From IMG/VR virus record IMGVR_UViG_3300050821_018577, positions 96,001-160,000 of that record: 64,000 bases of DNA; one strand, 5' to 3'. This document shows positions 1-8,804 of this stretch, in pieces (position 1 is the first letter of the stretch; the number at the start of each line of letters is the position of its first letter). The DNA comes from a virus. The translations under genes were made by a program, and so were the position numbers. The notes beneath the pieces are model-generated. The model saw nothing but the letters and a program-made list of their open reading frames with translations, searched no databases and had not been told where the DNA came from.

Positions 1-2
1 GG

Positions 3-452
3 ACCCCATTCGGCGGGCCGTGTTTCCCGCGGGACAACCGGATGTTTCAGTACGTCGCGGAAAAAGTGAGTGTTAAAGCCCATCTGGCGTTGGCCACGGA
101 CAAAATCAACGAAGATATCCTCTGGCATATCATCTCTTCCCTTCCGAAGAACGAGGAGGTCGGAATTCTGGGAGCCAGTTATAAAGCAGGCACAAATGTC
201 ATTGAAGAATCGGCAGGGATGGCGCTATGTAAAAAACTAACAGCGCTCGGCCGCATCGTAAAACAGCATGACCCTCTCGTTGCCACGCCCGACAAGCTCG
301 AGAACGTAATTCAGTGTCCGGTTGTCATTGTCACTCTCGATTGCCCGGAATACCGCGGGCTACAATTCCAACCAAGCCAATTTGTAGTTGACCCATGGCG
401 CATCACCGGAAAACAAGTAGCGAAGGAGATTCCATGCCCAGTCTCATGTTGA
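3..452 (+). CDS. ugd: UDP-glucose/GDP-mannose dehydrogenase family, C-terminal part (5' truncated by window edge)
   Basis: Frame is open to the window edge and reads TPFGGPCFPRDN (catalytic GGxCFPxD motif), followed by the UDP-binding domain VGILGASYKAGT..EES..HDP. Confidence 0.85.
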   Translation, partial: TPFGGPCFPRDNRMFQYVAEKVSVKAHLALATDKINEDILWHIISSLPKNEEVGILGASYKAGTNVIEESAGMALCKKLTALGRIVKQHDPLVATPDKLENVIQCPVVIVTLDCPEYRGLQFQPSQFVVDPWRITGKQVAKEIPCPVSC

Positions 453-895
453 TGATGATGTCCATGACTCCCGAACACAAACAGGACCTAATGCTCCTGC
501 TCCCTTTTCTGCTTGGCCAGCTTGTTTATATTATGAAACGTGCAAGTTTTTCGATGCGCGCCGGAAGGGCCCCCACGCGATGGCAGTACGTGTATCGCAA
601 TTGGGACATCCTTGTCTTTAGGTCGGTGCTCGAATTCCTTTTAATCTACATGCCGATTCGACATTTTTCTCCGGACCAACTTCTCAATGTGTTCCACATC
701 GATGTAAGCCACATTGAGAGTCTTGATTTTTTGTATAATCCAGTGAGTTCACCGGTGAGCATTTTTGGGGCGGGAATCGCGTCCGACGGATTATTTGATT
801 GGCTGGTCGATTGGGCATCCCGGTCGACAAAGATTCCGGCACCTATAAAGGCGTGGCTCACCGAGAATGTTCCGCCGATGCCGATGGCGCAATAG
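434..895 (+). CDS. hypothetical membrane protein (possibly holin-like)
   Basis: GAAGGAG RBS before ATG 434; several hydrophobic segments. Confidence 0.5.
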   Translation: MPSLMLMMMSMTPEHKQDLMLLLPFLLGQLVYIMKRASFSMRAGRAPTRWQYVYRNWDILVFRSVLEFLLIYMPIRHFSPDQLLNVFHIDVSHIESLDFLYNPVSSPVSIFGAGIASDGLFDWLVDWASRSTKIPAPIKAWLTENVPPMPMAQ

Positions 896-896
896 A

Positions 897-1772
897 ATGA
901 GCCTGAACGGCAAAAAGCTGTATGTGCTGACGCCAATGTATGGCGGAAATCTTTCCGTCAACTATCACAGTTCCTTTTTCCAGCTGGTCCATGCCTTTGA
1001 AGAATTGAAACGCAAAGGCCTCGAAGTAGATTTGGAATCCCGTAGCGTGTGGAATGAGTCTTTGATTTCCCGGGCCCGCAACCGGCTGGCAGATTGTTTT
1101 CTAAAAGAAAGCTCCTTCACTCATGCCTGCTTTATCGATGCCGATATTGGTTTCGAGCCGGTGGACATCATTAGCATGCTCGAAATGGACAAAGACATCC
1201 TTGGTGTTCCTTGTTCCAAAAAATCCATCCGCTGGGACCGGATCCAAATGGCAGTCGCGCGTCGCGTTCTCGAATGGTCCAAAAATAGCCCAGCCTGCCA
1301 AAATGGATTCGACCCGGCCGCACTCGCGCAGCAGTTCGTAAGCTCCCAGGCGGCTTTCCCTCCTGACGTTATTTCCAGAATCGCCGGCGACTTTGTCCTA
1401 AACTTCCCTTTAGATGAGCAAGAAAAAATCATCAAATTCGATACACCAGAGCCAATGCGCCATGTTGGCACAGGCCTGTTGATGGTCAAGCGGGAAGTGT
1501 TTCTGAAATTCATGAAATGCTATCCCGACCGCTGGTATGAAGCGCGTTCTGATAATGCATCAAATCCCGGTCGCATCCATGATTTCTTCAAAGTTGGCGT
1601 CAATCCGGAAACTCGTGAGTACGATTCCGAGGATTACTGGTTTTGCCACGACTGCATCGCCATGGGCTACAAGATTCTAATTGCGCCATGGGTAAAAACC
1701 ACCCACATGGGCACCAATACGTTCATTGGCGACATGCCGGCCGCCCTGGCCTGTGCCGGCAGCATCTTCTAA
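897..1772 (+). CDS. phage GT-A fold glycosyltransferase-like protein
   Basis: Motifs VLTPMYGG, ESLISRARN, FIDAD (DxD), GTGLLMVKREVF, SEDYWFC. Confidence 0.75.
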   Translation: MSLNGKKLYVLTPMYGGNLSVNYHSSFFQLVHAFEELKRKGLEVDLESRSVWNESLISRARNRLADCFLKESSFTHACFIDADIGFEPVDIISMLEMDKDILGVPCSKKSIRWDRIQMAVARRVLEWSKNSPACQNGFDPAALAQQFVSSQAAFPPDVISRIAGDFVLNFPLDEQEKIIKFDTPEPMRHVGTGLLMVKREVFLKFMKCYPDRWYEARSDNASNPGRIHDFFKVGVNPETREYDSEDYWFCHDCIAMGYKILIAPWVKTTHMGTNTFIGDMPAALACAGSIF

Positions 1773-1773
1773 C

Positions 1774-1791
1774 AAACCTCTTCCATGTGGT
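1774..1791 (+). promoter_or_regulatory. 18-nt intergenic motif, second copy at 13729-13746
   Basis: AAACCTCTTCCATGTGGT vs AAACTTCTTCCATGTGGT (1 mismatch); both copies are intergenic, upstream of structural genes. Confidence 0.35.
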
Positions 1792-1877
1792 CTGTTTATC
1801 GGCTAAGGTTTTTTACGAAATGGTTGAGCACATTGGAACCGTTTTTGGCCGGTCGTGTGCGACCACCGACCTCTGGA

Positions 1878-2720
1878 ATGAAGACATTACTCAAGGCGCT
1901 TCTGCTGACCGTTTTGTTCCCGTTCTTCTGTTTTGCCCAGAATAAGACGATTGTCTCGGACTTTCTCTCCACTGCTGGCGGATCCGCCGTCACCGGAACC
2001 CTTACGGTCACGAATAACTCCACGATGATTACGGCGGATGGGTTCACTGTCCCACAGGGACAGGTGGTGACCGCACAGATTACCAGCGGCCAATTCTCTA
2101 TTTCCCTTGTTCCTAACGTTGGCGCGGCGCCCTATGGGTCTGTGTATTACGCGGATTATGTGACGAAGACCTCGCGCTACCGCGAAATCTGGAATGTGCC
2201 GAACAGCGCGACGGCCGTAAATCTTCTGGCTGTGCGGGTGGTTTGGCCGCAAGCGCCCAACGTCCTGATTCCCGCCTCGCAAGTCGTTCCACCACCCACC
2301 TGCACTCCCATCGCCGCCGGCAACAACAATCTGGTATTGCGCTACACAACCAATCCTGCCGGATGGATCTGTGCGCCCGATAACATCGGTGCCGTCACCA
2401 TGGACTTGGAGAATCCGACTCCAGTCGATGCCGGGAAATTCAATTGGGAACCGAAGAACGGCCTCAACCTAACGCGGATTTCCTGTTCAGTCGACAGTGG
2501 TTCAGTTTCCGTCAATCTGGACATACGCACAGAAGCTGCTCCGAATTCGCCAGGTACGCAGGTTCTTTCTGTGCCTTTAGTTTGCACGCCTACGACCGGA
2601 GCAACGACGGCTATTACGTTTCCCGCCGTTCCGCCTCAGTCGCCTGTGGCGCTGTTGATTACATCGACTGTCGGTAGCCCGGGAATTGTTCGAGTTCACG
2701 CAGAGTACATCCTCAACTAA
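1878..2720 (+). CDS. beta-rich putative structural/accessory protein with Sec signal peptide
   Basis: MKTLLKALLLTVLFPFFCFA|Q N-terminus; beta-rich composition. Confidence 0.55.
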   Translation: MKTLLKALLLTVLFPFFCFAQNKTIVSDFLSTAGGSAVTGTLTVTNNSTMITADGFTVPQGQVVTAQITSGQFSISLVPNVGAAPYGSVYYADYVTKTSRYREIWNVPNSATAVNLLAVRVVWPQAPNVLIPASQVVPPPTCTPIAAGNNNLVLRYTTNPAGWICAPDNIGAVTMDLENPTPVDAGKFNWEPKNGLNLTRISCSVDSGSVSVNLDIRTEAAPNSPGTQVLSVPLVCTPTTGATTAITFPAVPPQSPVALLITSTVGSPGIVRVHAEYILN

Positions 2721-2733
2721 GGAGAATTACGTT

Positions 2734-3369
2734 ATGAAATCAGTGAAGGGAATTTTCAAGCATGGAATGCTGTTGCTGAGTTTGCTGGCGATCGGTGCGC
2801 TCGGCTACGGTGGCAGCGTCGAGAACCTGGTGTCGAAGAACCGCGTCAACATCCAGGCCAGGCACTGTCAGAAGTATATTGTCAACGACAAACACAAGCT
2901 GCCGGTCGGCACTCCGGACATCGGAGCGGCCGCCACGCACATCGATTACAAGGCCTGCGCCGCGGACCCGTCGACGCTGTTCTTTAATGAAACCAACCAC
3001 AACCTGCGCACGACTGCGGGCGGTGATTGGCAAGCCTCGGTGATGGCCAACACGTCGGCCCCGCCAGCGACGATGAACTATATCGCCCTGTCGAACGACG
3101 CGACTGCGCCGGCCGCCGGTGATACCTCGGTAGCTTCGGAGATCGTATCGAACGGCCTGAGCCGCGCCCAGGGTGTCTATGCCCACACGGCATCGACGGC
3201 CTCGCTCACGGTCCAGAAAGTGTTCAACGCCACCGGCACGCAGGCTAGCCAAAAGACCGGTTTACTTAATGCATCATCGTCCGGAACCCTCGGATTTGAA
3301 AACACTTACACCCAGGTGACCGTGAACAATGGCGACACTCTCACAGTCACATGGACAATAAACTATTAG
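2734..3369 (+). CDS. phage minor tail / fibre-anchor-like protein with N-terminal hydrophobic leader
   Basis: GGAG RBS; YIALSNDATAPAAGDT..E..R..F..GLLNASSSGTL..VNNGDTLTVTWTI pattern typical of phage tail-associated proteins. Confidence 0.55.
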   Translation: MKSVKGIFKHGMLLLSLLAIGALGYGGSVENLVSKNRVNIQARHCQKYIVNDKHKLPVGTPDIGAAATHIDYKACAADPSTLFFNETNHNLRTTAGGDWQASVMANTSAPPATMNYIALSNDATAPAAGDTSVASEIVSNGLSRAQGVYAHTASTASLTVQKVFNATGTQASQKTGLLNASSSGTLGFENTYTQVTVNNGDTLTVTWTINY

Positions 3370-3382
3370 CCTATGTCCGTTG

Positions 3383-3411
3383 TTGACAACCCATACTTCC
3401 TTCTGTATTAT
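3383..3411 (+). promoter_or_regulatory. sigma70-type promoter for the HNH gene
   Basis: TTGACA (3383-3388), 17 nt spacer, TATTAT (3406-3411); AGGAGG RBS follows. Confidence 0.7.
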
Positions 3412-3428
3412 TCGGGCAGGAGGAAGTT

Positions 3429-4031
3429 ATGGAACAAGGCAACTGTTCTGATTGCGGGGTATTCAGGAGATGGCTTCATGGACATCACTTGAAACCGCGA
3501 ATCGAAGGCGGACAAGATGCTGATGGGAAAATTCGAATCTGTGCAAATTGCCACGAGGATCGCCATGGTGGCCCGTTTGGTGGAATTCTTCGCGGCAGAA
3601 CGTCAGCCACGCCCGCAGCTCGACGCAAAAAATCCAAGACGCTTCGGAAACTTTGGCAAGACCCCGAATACCGCCGTAAAACTCTGGCAGGACAGGAAAA
3701 AGCTCGACCGAATCGCGACAATCAAGCCATCGGCGCAAAGATTGCTGCGACTTGGACTCCAGAACGTCGCGCTGCCCAGTCCAAGCTCATCACTGAAATC
3801 AAAGCTAATGTGCTCGGTGACCGGTGGTCCTTGCATCATGATTGCTGTAAAGAATGCAAGCGAACTGACCGCCCGCATCAGGCAAACGGTTTATGCTCTA
3901 CTTGCTACACGAGCCGTTATTATAAAAATAAAAGGAAAAGGTCGCGTCGTCGGAAGTATCTCCGGGAATATATGCGCAAGCGTAGAGCCGACGAAAAGGC
4001 GGTATCAATTTCACCGACAGAAGTTTCATAG
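3429..4031 (+). CDS. HNH homing endonuclease-like protein with basic NUMOD-like tail
   Basis: CxxC..HGHHLKP..GG..ICANCHEDRH; a second CxxC/CxxC pair; R/K-rich repeats. Confidence 0.75.
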   Translation: MEQGNCSDCGVFRRWLHGHHLKPRIEGGQDADGKIRICANCHEDRHGGPFGGILRGRTSATPAARRKKSKTLRKLWQDPEYRRKTLAGQEKARPNRDNQAIGAKIAATWTPERRAAQSKLITEIKANVLGDRWSLHHDCCKECKRTDRPHQANGLCSTCYTSRYYKNKRKRSRRRKYLREYMRKRRADEKAVSISPTEVS

Positions 4032-4043
4032 AGACTAATTTGC

Positions 4044-5831
4044 GTGCGACGACTAACAAATACGGTGCGCTGGACGCTAGGATTCCTGGCGATGCTGGCG
4101 TTTTGTTCAGTGGCGCGCGCCGTGAATCAAAATGGTTCGGTCACCGAGAATCTAACCACCACGGCCAGCGCCACAGCGGTCAAGAATTGCCGGCCAGTCG
4201 GGATCGTCGAGTCGTACACGGTCGTCGATTCTGCCGCGGCGAACGCTGGCAGGGCTCCAACACCCACGGTAAACTTAACAGAATCCGATTCGGTGCAGGC
4301 CGCGCAGTCCGGGCACGCCTCTCCGTCGGTGACACTGACGGAATCGGATTCCGTAGCGGCGCCGGCGTTGCATCCGCGCGGAGTAGCGGAATCGTTGACC
4401 GAATCCGATTCCGTCGCTATCGCGAGCACGCACGCACGCGGCGCCGCGGTAACCGAATCCTTGACGGAGTCCGACGCAGCAGGAACCTCGCACTGCGCGG
4501 CCTGCGGGCTGACCGAAACCCATACCACCGCCGACTCCGTGGCGACGCAAATCTTTCACAACTTTTCTGCTTTGCCCACGCAAACACTTACGACCACCGA
4601 TTCACCGACGACCAATCTTGGTCGCAATGGACCGACCACCGAAACCTTGACGGAATCCGATTCGACCGCAGCTGTGCAACAGACTGGAGCGCATTCGGTG
4701 GCGGTTACCGAATCATTGAGCACAGTAGGCCTAGTTACGGGGATCGCGGCCCATTCAGCAACAGTGACCGAATCACTTACCACCAGCGATGCTGTGTCCG
4801 CGGTTCGCTGCGGAGCGGTCACGGAGAACCTGACGACGACGGATGTCGTCTCGGTGCATCACGTCCTCGTCGTTTCCATATCCGAGAGCGTTGTAGAGTC
4901 GGACAGCGCAGCGACGCAGCGCAGCGTTCACGCGGCCGCATCCCAAGTCTTGACGGAATCGGATTCGGCGGCGACTACGCATGCGGCGGTCGGGAACGTG
5001 ACCGAAACCTTGACCACGACGGCTTCCGTATCGACCTTGCGGAACGGCATCGCCAATCCGACGGTAACGCTAACGGAATCGGATTCTGTGGCTACGACGC
5101 ACGCGGCGGTTGGAAGAGTCTCAGAGATATTAAACGAATCGGATTCGACCGCTGGCGTGAGCTCCAGCATCCACACGGCGAGCGTCACAGAGAATCTTTC
5201 GCCGACGCAGACGGTGACGGCCACGGCCGTTCACCAGGTTGCCGTATCAACGTCGCTGACGGAATCGGATTCGGCGGCGGCCGTCCATGGAGCCATCGGC
5301 AACGTATCCGAGACGCTCACCGAGAGCGATTCCGTCGCCACGCTGCGCACGTCCATAGGTTCGGTATCGGAATCTCATTTAACCGTAGACAGCGTGACCG
5401 GGCATATTGTGACATCCGGATCTGCGACAGTTTCATTACTAGAATCAGATTCAGTCACAGCAAAGCTTTTCCATGCAGCATCGGTTACCGAAAGCCTGAC
5501 AACTGGCGACGTGGTCTCCACCGTATCTTCGCCGCATCTGCTCTTCGTCAACGTTACGGAAGCCTTATTCGAAACGGATTCGGTGACCAAGGTATCGCCG
5601 GCCCATCTATCCAGGTTCGTGACGGAAACCTTGACCACTGCAAGCGGCGTCAATACATCCTCACCGGGGCATGTGAGCGTAACCGAAACCCTGGCGGTCA
5701 GAGACAGTGTAACTGGCATATCGCCCAACCATTTCAGTATTACGGAGGTATTGACCGAATCCGACGCGGTTGGTGTTTTCGCGGTCCGGTTTGGGCAGCG
5801 CAGACGTTTTATGGTGGTCGACAGTCAGTGA
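4044..5831 (+). CDS. signal-peptide protein built of ~19-aa V(T/S)E(S/T)LTESDS repeats
   Basis: More than 20 imperfect repeats visible in the translation; signal peptide ending VARA. Confidence 0.7.
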   Translation: MRRLTNTVRWTLGFLAMLAFCSVARAVNQNGSVTENLTTTASATAVKNCRPVGIVESYTVVDSAAANAGRAPTPTVNLTESDSVQAAQSGHASPSVTLTESDSVAAPALHPRGVAESLTESDSVAIASTHARGAAVTESLTESDAAGTSHCAACGLTETHTTADSVATQIFHNFSALPTQTLTTTDSPTTNLGRNGPTTETLTESDSTAAVQQTGAHSVAVTESLSTVGLVTGIAAHSATVTESLTTSDAVSAVRCGAVTENLTTTDVVSVHHVLVVSISESVVESDSAATQRSVHAAASQVLTESDSAATTHAAVGNVTETLTTTASVSTLRNGIANPTVTLTESDSVATTHAAVGRVSEILNESDSTAGVSSSIHTASVTENLSPTQTVTATAVHQVAVSTSLTESDSAAAVHGAIGNVSETLTESDSVATLRTSIGSVSESHLTVDSVTGHIVTSGSATVSLLESDSVTAKLFHAASVTESLTTGDVVSTVSSPHLLFVNVTEALFETDSVTKVSPAHLSRFVTETLTTASGVNTSSPGHVSVTETLAVRDSVTGISPNHFSITEVLTESDAVGVFAVRFGQRRRFMVVDSQ

Positions 5832-5838
5832 GGCAACT

Positions 5839-6585
5839 ATGAATTTCCGACAATTCACAAGAGCGGCCATCGCATTTTTCTGTTCTCTGCTTCTCATCGC
5901 ACAGGTTGTACCGCAATCGTGCATAGTGCCGGCCAATGGCGCGGTGGTGAAGACAACCAGCTATTCGGCGCTGGCCGCCGACGCCGGCAAGCTCATCGTG
6001 ATGAACTGCGCGAGCGCCTGCACGTTGACACTACCTGCAACGCCGCAAACTCCCGTATGGTTGATTTTTGTCGAGACTATCGGTGCGGGTCAGGTCACAA
6101 TCGCACCGAACGGCTTGAATCTTAACGGTTCGGCTAGCAGTCTTGCCATGCCGTTGACCGCCGGAAGCACATTTCAGGTTTGGACAGATAATTCCAATTA
6201 TTTTGCCGCAGGCGTCACATTAAAGACTCGTGTGCTAGGTTGGGCATTCGGCGATGTAGCCACTGGCGCGGCGCTGACGACCAATGAGGTTGGCTACATT
6301 ACTGTCCCATTCGCATGCACAATCACAGGCTGGCACATCATGGCCGACGCCGGGACGGTTACGATTAAGACGGCACGCGTGAATAGCGGGACCGCTTTGC
6401 CAACCATCGGCTCAAACTCAATCTCAACCAGCGGCGTATCTTTGGCGAGCGGTACAAAAATAGATTCTACGACAGTCACTGACTTTACATCTACGGCGAT
6501 TGCGGCAAATGACACACTCGGATTCTTTATTACGACTGTTGCTACGGCGAAACAAATCACGTTCCAACTGGACTGCTCGCAATGA
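5839..6585 (+). CDS. signal-peptide fibre/accessory protein (paralog of 14563 and 50241 genes)
   Basis: N-module ~90% identical in DNA to the 14563 gene; C-module GxAFGD..VGYxTVPFxCTIxGW shared with the 50241 gene. Confidence 0.65.
   Translation: MNFRQFTRAAIAFFCSLLLIAQVVPQSCIVPANGAVVKTTSYSALAADAGKLIVMNCASACTLTLPATPQTPVWLIFVETIGAGQVTIAPNGLNLNGSASSLAMPLTAGSTFQVWTDNSNYFAAGVTLKTRVLGWAFGDVATGAALTTNEVGYITVPFACTITGWHIMADAGTVTIKTARVNSGTALPTIGSNSISTSGVSLASGTKIDSTTVTDFTSTAIAANDTLGFFITTVATAKQITFQLDCSQ
5885..6048 (+). repeat. dispersed direct repeat, second copy 14618-14781
   Basis: Aligned by eye at offset 8733; about 90% identity. Confidence 0.85.
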
Positions 6586-8804
6586 AATATCTAGTTTTTC
6601 TCATCGCGATACTATGCTTGTCGGTCCCGGCGTTCGCAGCCAACCCTGCATGGGTGCAGTCTGATGGCAGCTTTTCCGTAACCACTACCGCAACTTCCCA
6701 CACATATACTCTGACGCACACTCCTACAGCCGGTAACACGCTCGTTGCCTTTGTTTCCACGCACATTTCAGCGAATCAACAAATCAATTACGTGTGCGGC
6801 GGAACGAGTTGCACAAGCATCACTTCTACCGGAAAGTTCTTCCCGTACACATGGATTTATTGTCCGAACGGGAACAACTGTCCGGAAATCTGGATCGCCC
6901 GAAATGTCCCGGCTTCGATGTCCACCGTTACCATCAACTGGGCCGTAACTACTGTTTCTGACGTTCAGTTTGAAGAATACTCCAACGTCTCAGCAATCGG
7001 TCAGATAGTGCAGGCGACCGGGACTTCTACCGCTCCGGCCATCACCATCACGACGCAAGATGCGAACAACATCATCGTGATGGCGACATCTTCCCAAGGG
7101 AATGACGGGATACCAACTTCCAGCACTGGCAACCTGAGAGATGCTAGCCGGTCAGGGACGACCTCATCGTTCGACGCAGGCGCGGCCTGCGACAACAGTT
7201 CGGCAACGGCTGCCTCGGTTACGTGCCAAGTCACGATTACATCGAGTGCGTGGGCGGCGCTCGGCGTGGAACTTCGCAGCACGACCAGTACCGATACATC
7301 TAATTTCGTGTCGGCTTATCAGAGCAACTCCCCAGCCAGCGAGAACGTGGCGATGCCTTCTATCGCCGGAGTGTTTGTTCCCGACGCTTTCCTCCCTGGC
7401 AACACGGGTATCTGTTGGGGGGTGTGGCCATACAGCGCATCAGGGCAGACGCCGACAGTGACGACGCGGAACACGTTAACTGGCGCGACCGTCGATACGT
7501 TCACCAAAGACGTGCAAGTAAACGACACCAGTAATATGTCTACTGGAATATTCCGTGTCGCCGCGACCGCTGGAACTCAGTACATAAATTGGGCATGGGG
7601 AACGAGCATCAATAGCCAGCCTGGATTTGTTTACGGCTGCACGGAGATGAAGGGGATCACGACCAGTTCGCCCTTGGACGGTACGCCAGCCTCAGCGTCG
7701 GGGCTCTCAGGGGGAACCCTCAGCACCAGTGCCATGACGGTTACTGTCGGGGACATCATCGTTGTGGCCACTTCCATCGATACCATCGTACAGAATACAA
7801 ACAACCAGAATCAGGGAGTAGGCTATTGCGCGGCGGGGCCGGGATTCATTCTGCTGACGCCTTCTCCGGTGAGCGGCACATGCACCGAGTATCAGGTAGC
7901 GACCTCGACATCCGTGACCCCATCTATGTACGAAACCCCGGCCACTCCAAATAGCGCCTATGGTAGCGGTTACGTTTTCAATATCGTTGCCGTCGCGTAT
8001 AAGGCCAACTCCAGTCAAGGGACAGCCGCGACAGGCATCCACATTGGACGGCAATTTACCCCGGTAATCAGCGGTGGCAGCGGGGCAGTTGACAGTGGAA
8101 ATATTACTTGGACTCAGTGCCCAGCGGCAGGGAACTTCAACAGTTTTTATATCAGCAATTCATTGAGTGGAAGTCCTGAGACTGGCGTTTTCAAAATTTG
8201 GGACAGCAACCAAGTCGCTTATTCGATTAACGACCCCAGCAAGAACGCCAGCACCAACTCAGGGCCGTTTCTGCTGTATTCAGCAAACCAATCTCTCGAT
8301 AACTCCGCAATGTGCGAGTTGTATCAGGCTAGTTCCAACGGTAGCAACTCCGAGATGTTGCAGCGGGACATTTACAACGTAGCGACCTCGAACTTCTTCG
8401 ACACGATGAGCACCACTTGTCCCTCAACTTCGAGCTACAACGCAACTGGATGCATTGGTGACAATCAACCGTTCGGCTCTACCTACGCGCAATCTCCAAA
8501 CATTCAGCCAAGCGCCGCTGGCGAACTCGTACTCGCCAGTCTTTCAAATGGGGTAGGACCGGAAGCAGGTCTATCTTCCCCCAGCGGAGCCATCTACGAT
8601 TGCCCTTACTTCTCGGCTATGACGGATGGTGGCTCTACCTGTTACGGCGAGGGTCACGCTCATTTCTATACTACCGGGTCATCCTCGCTGAACTTCACTT
8701 GGACAGCGGGAACAAATGCCACTGGAACTTCGGTTTCGAGCGCCATCGCCATCAAAGCGGCTCCGGCCGCCGCAGCTAAGAGCGGGAAGACGGTAATCTT
8801 TTGA
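6582..8804 (+). CDS. large S/T-rich beta-sandwich protein with signal peptide
   Basis: MKYLVFLIAILCLSVPAFA|A; repeated beta-rich domains; ATGA overlap with upstream gene. Confidence 0.6.
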   Translation: MKYLVFLIAILCLSVPAFAANPAWVQSDGSFSVTTTATSHTYTLTHTPTAGNTLVAFVSTHISANQQINYVCGGTSCTSITSTGKFFPYTWIYCPNGNNCPEIWIARNVPASMSTVTINWAVTTVSDVQFEEYSNVSAIGQIVQATGTSTAPAITITTQDANNIIVMATSSQGNDGIPTSSTGNLRDASRSGTTSSFDAGAACDNSSATAASVTCQVTITSSAWAALGVELRSTTSTDTSNFVSAYQSNSPASENVAMPSIAGVFVPDAFLPGNTGICWGVWPYSASGQTPTVTTRNTLTGATVDTFTKDVQVNDTSNMSTGIFRVAATAGTQYINWAWGTSINSQPGFVYGCTEMKGITTSSPLDGTPASASGLSGGTLSTSAMTVTVGDIIVVATSIDTIVQNTNNQNQGVGYCAAGPGFILLTPSPVSGTCTEYQVATSTSVTPSMYETPATPNSAYGSGYVFNIVAVAYKANSSQGTAATGIHIGRQFTPVISGGSGAVDSGNITWTQCPAAGNFNSFYISNSLSGSPETGVFKIWDSNQVAYSINDPSKNASTNSGPFLLYSANQSLDNSAMCELYQASSNGSNSEMLQRDIYNVATSNFFDTMSTTCPSTSSYNATGCIGDNQPFGSTYAQSPNIQPSAAGELVLASLSNGVGPEAGLSSPSGAIYDCPYFSAMTDGGSTCYGEGHAHFYTTGSSSLNFTWTAGTNATGTSVSSAIAIKAAPAAAAKSGKTVIF

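Noticed and set aside
4040-5842. 600-aa overlapping ORF and antisense ORFs across the TESDS gene
   Set aside because: Shadow frames of a repetitive GC-rich CDS, with Arg-rich low-information translations.
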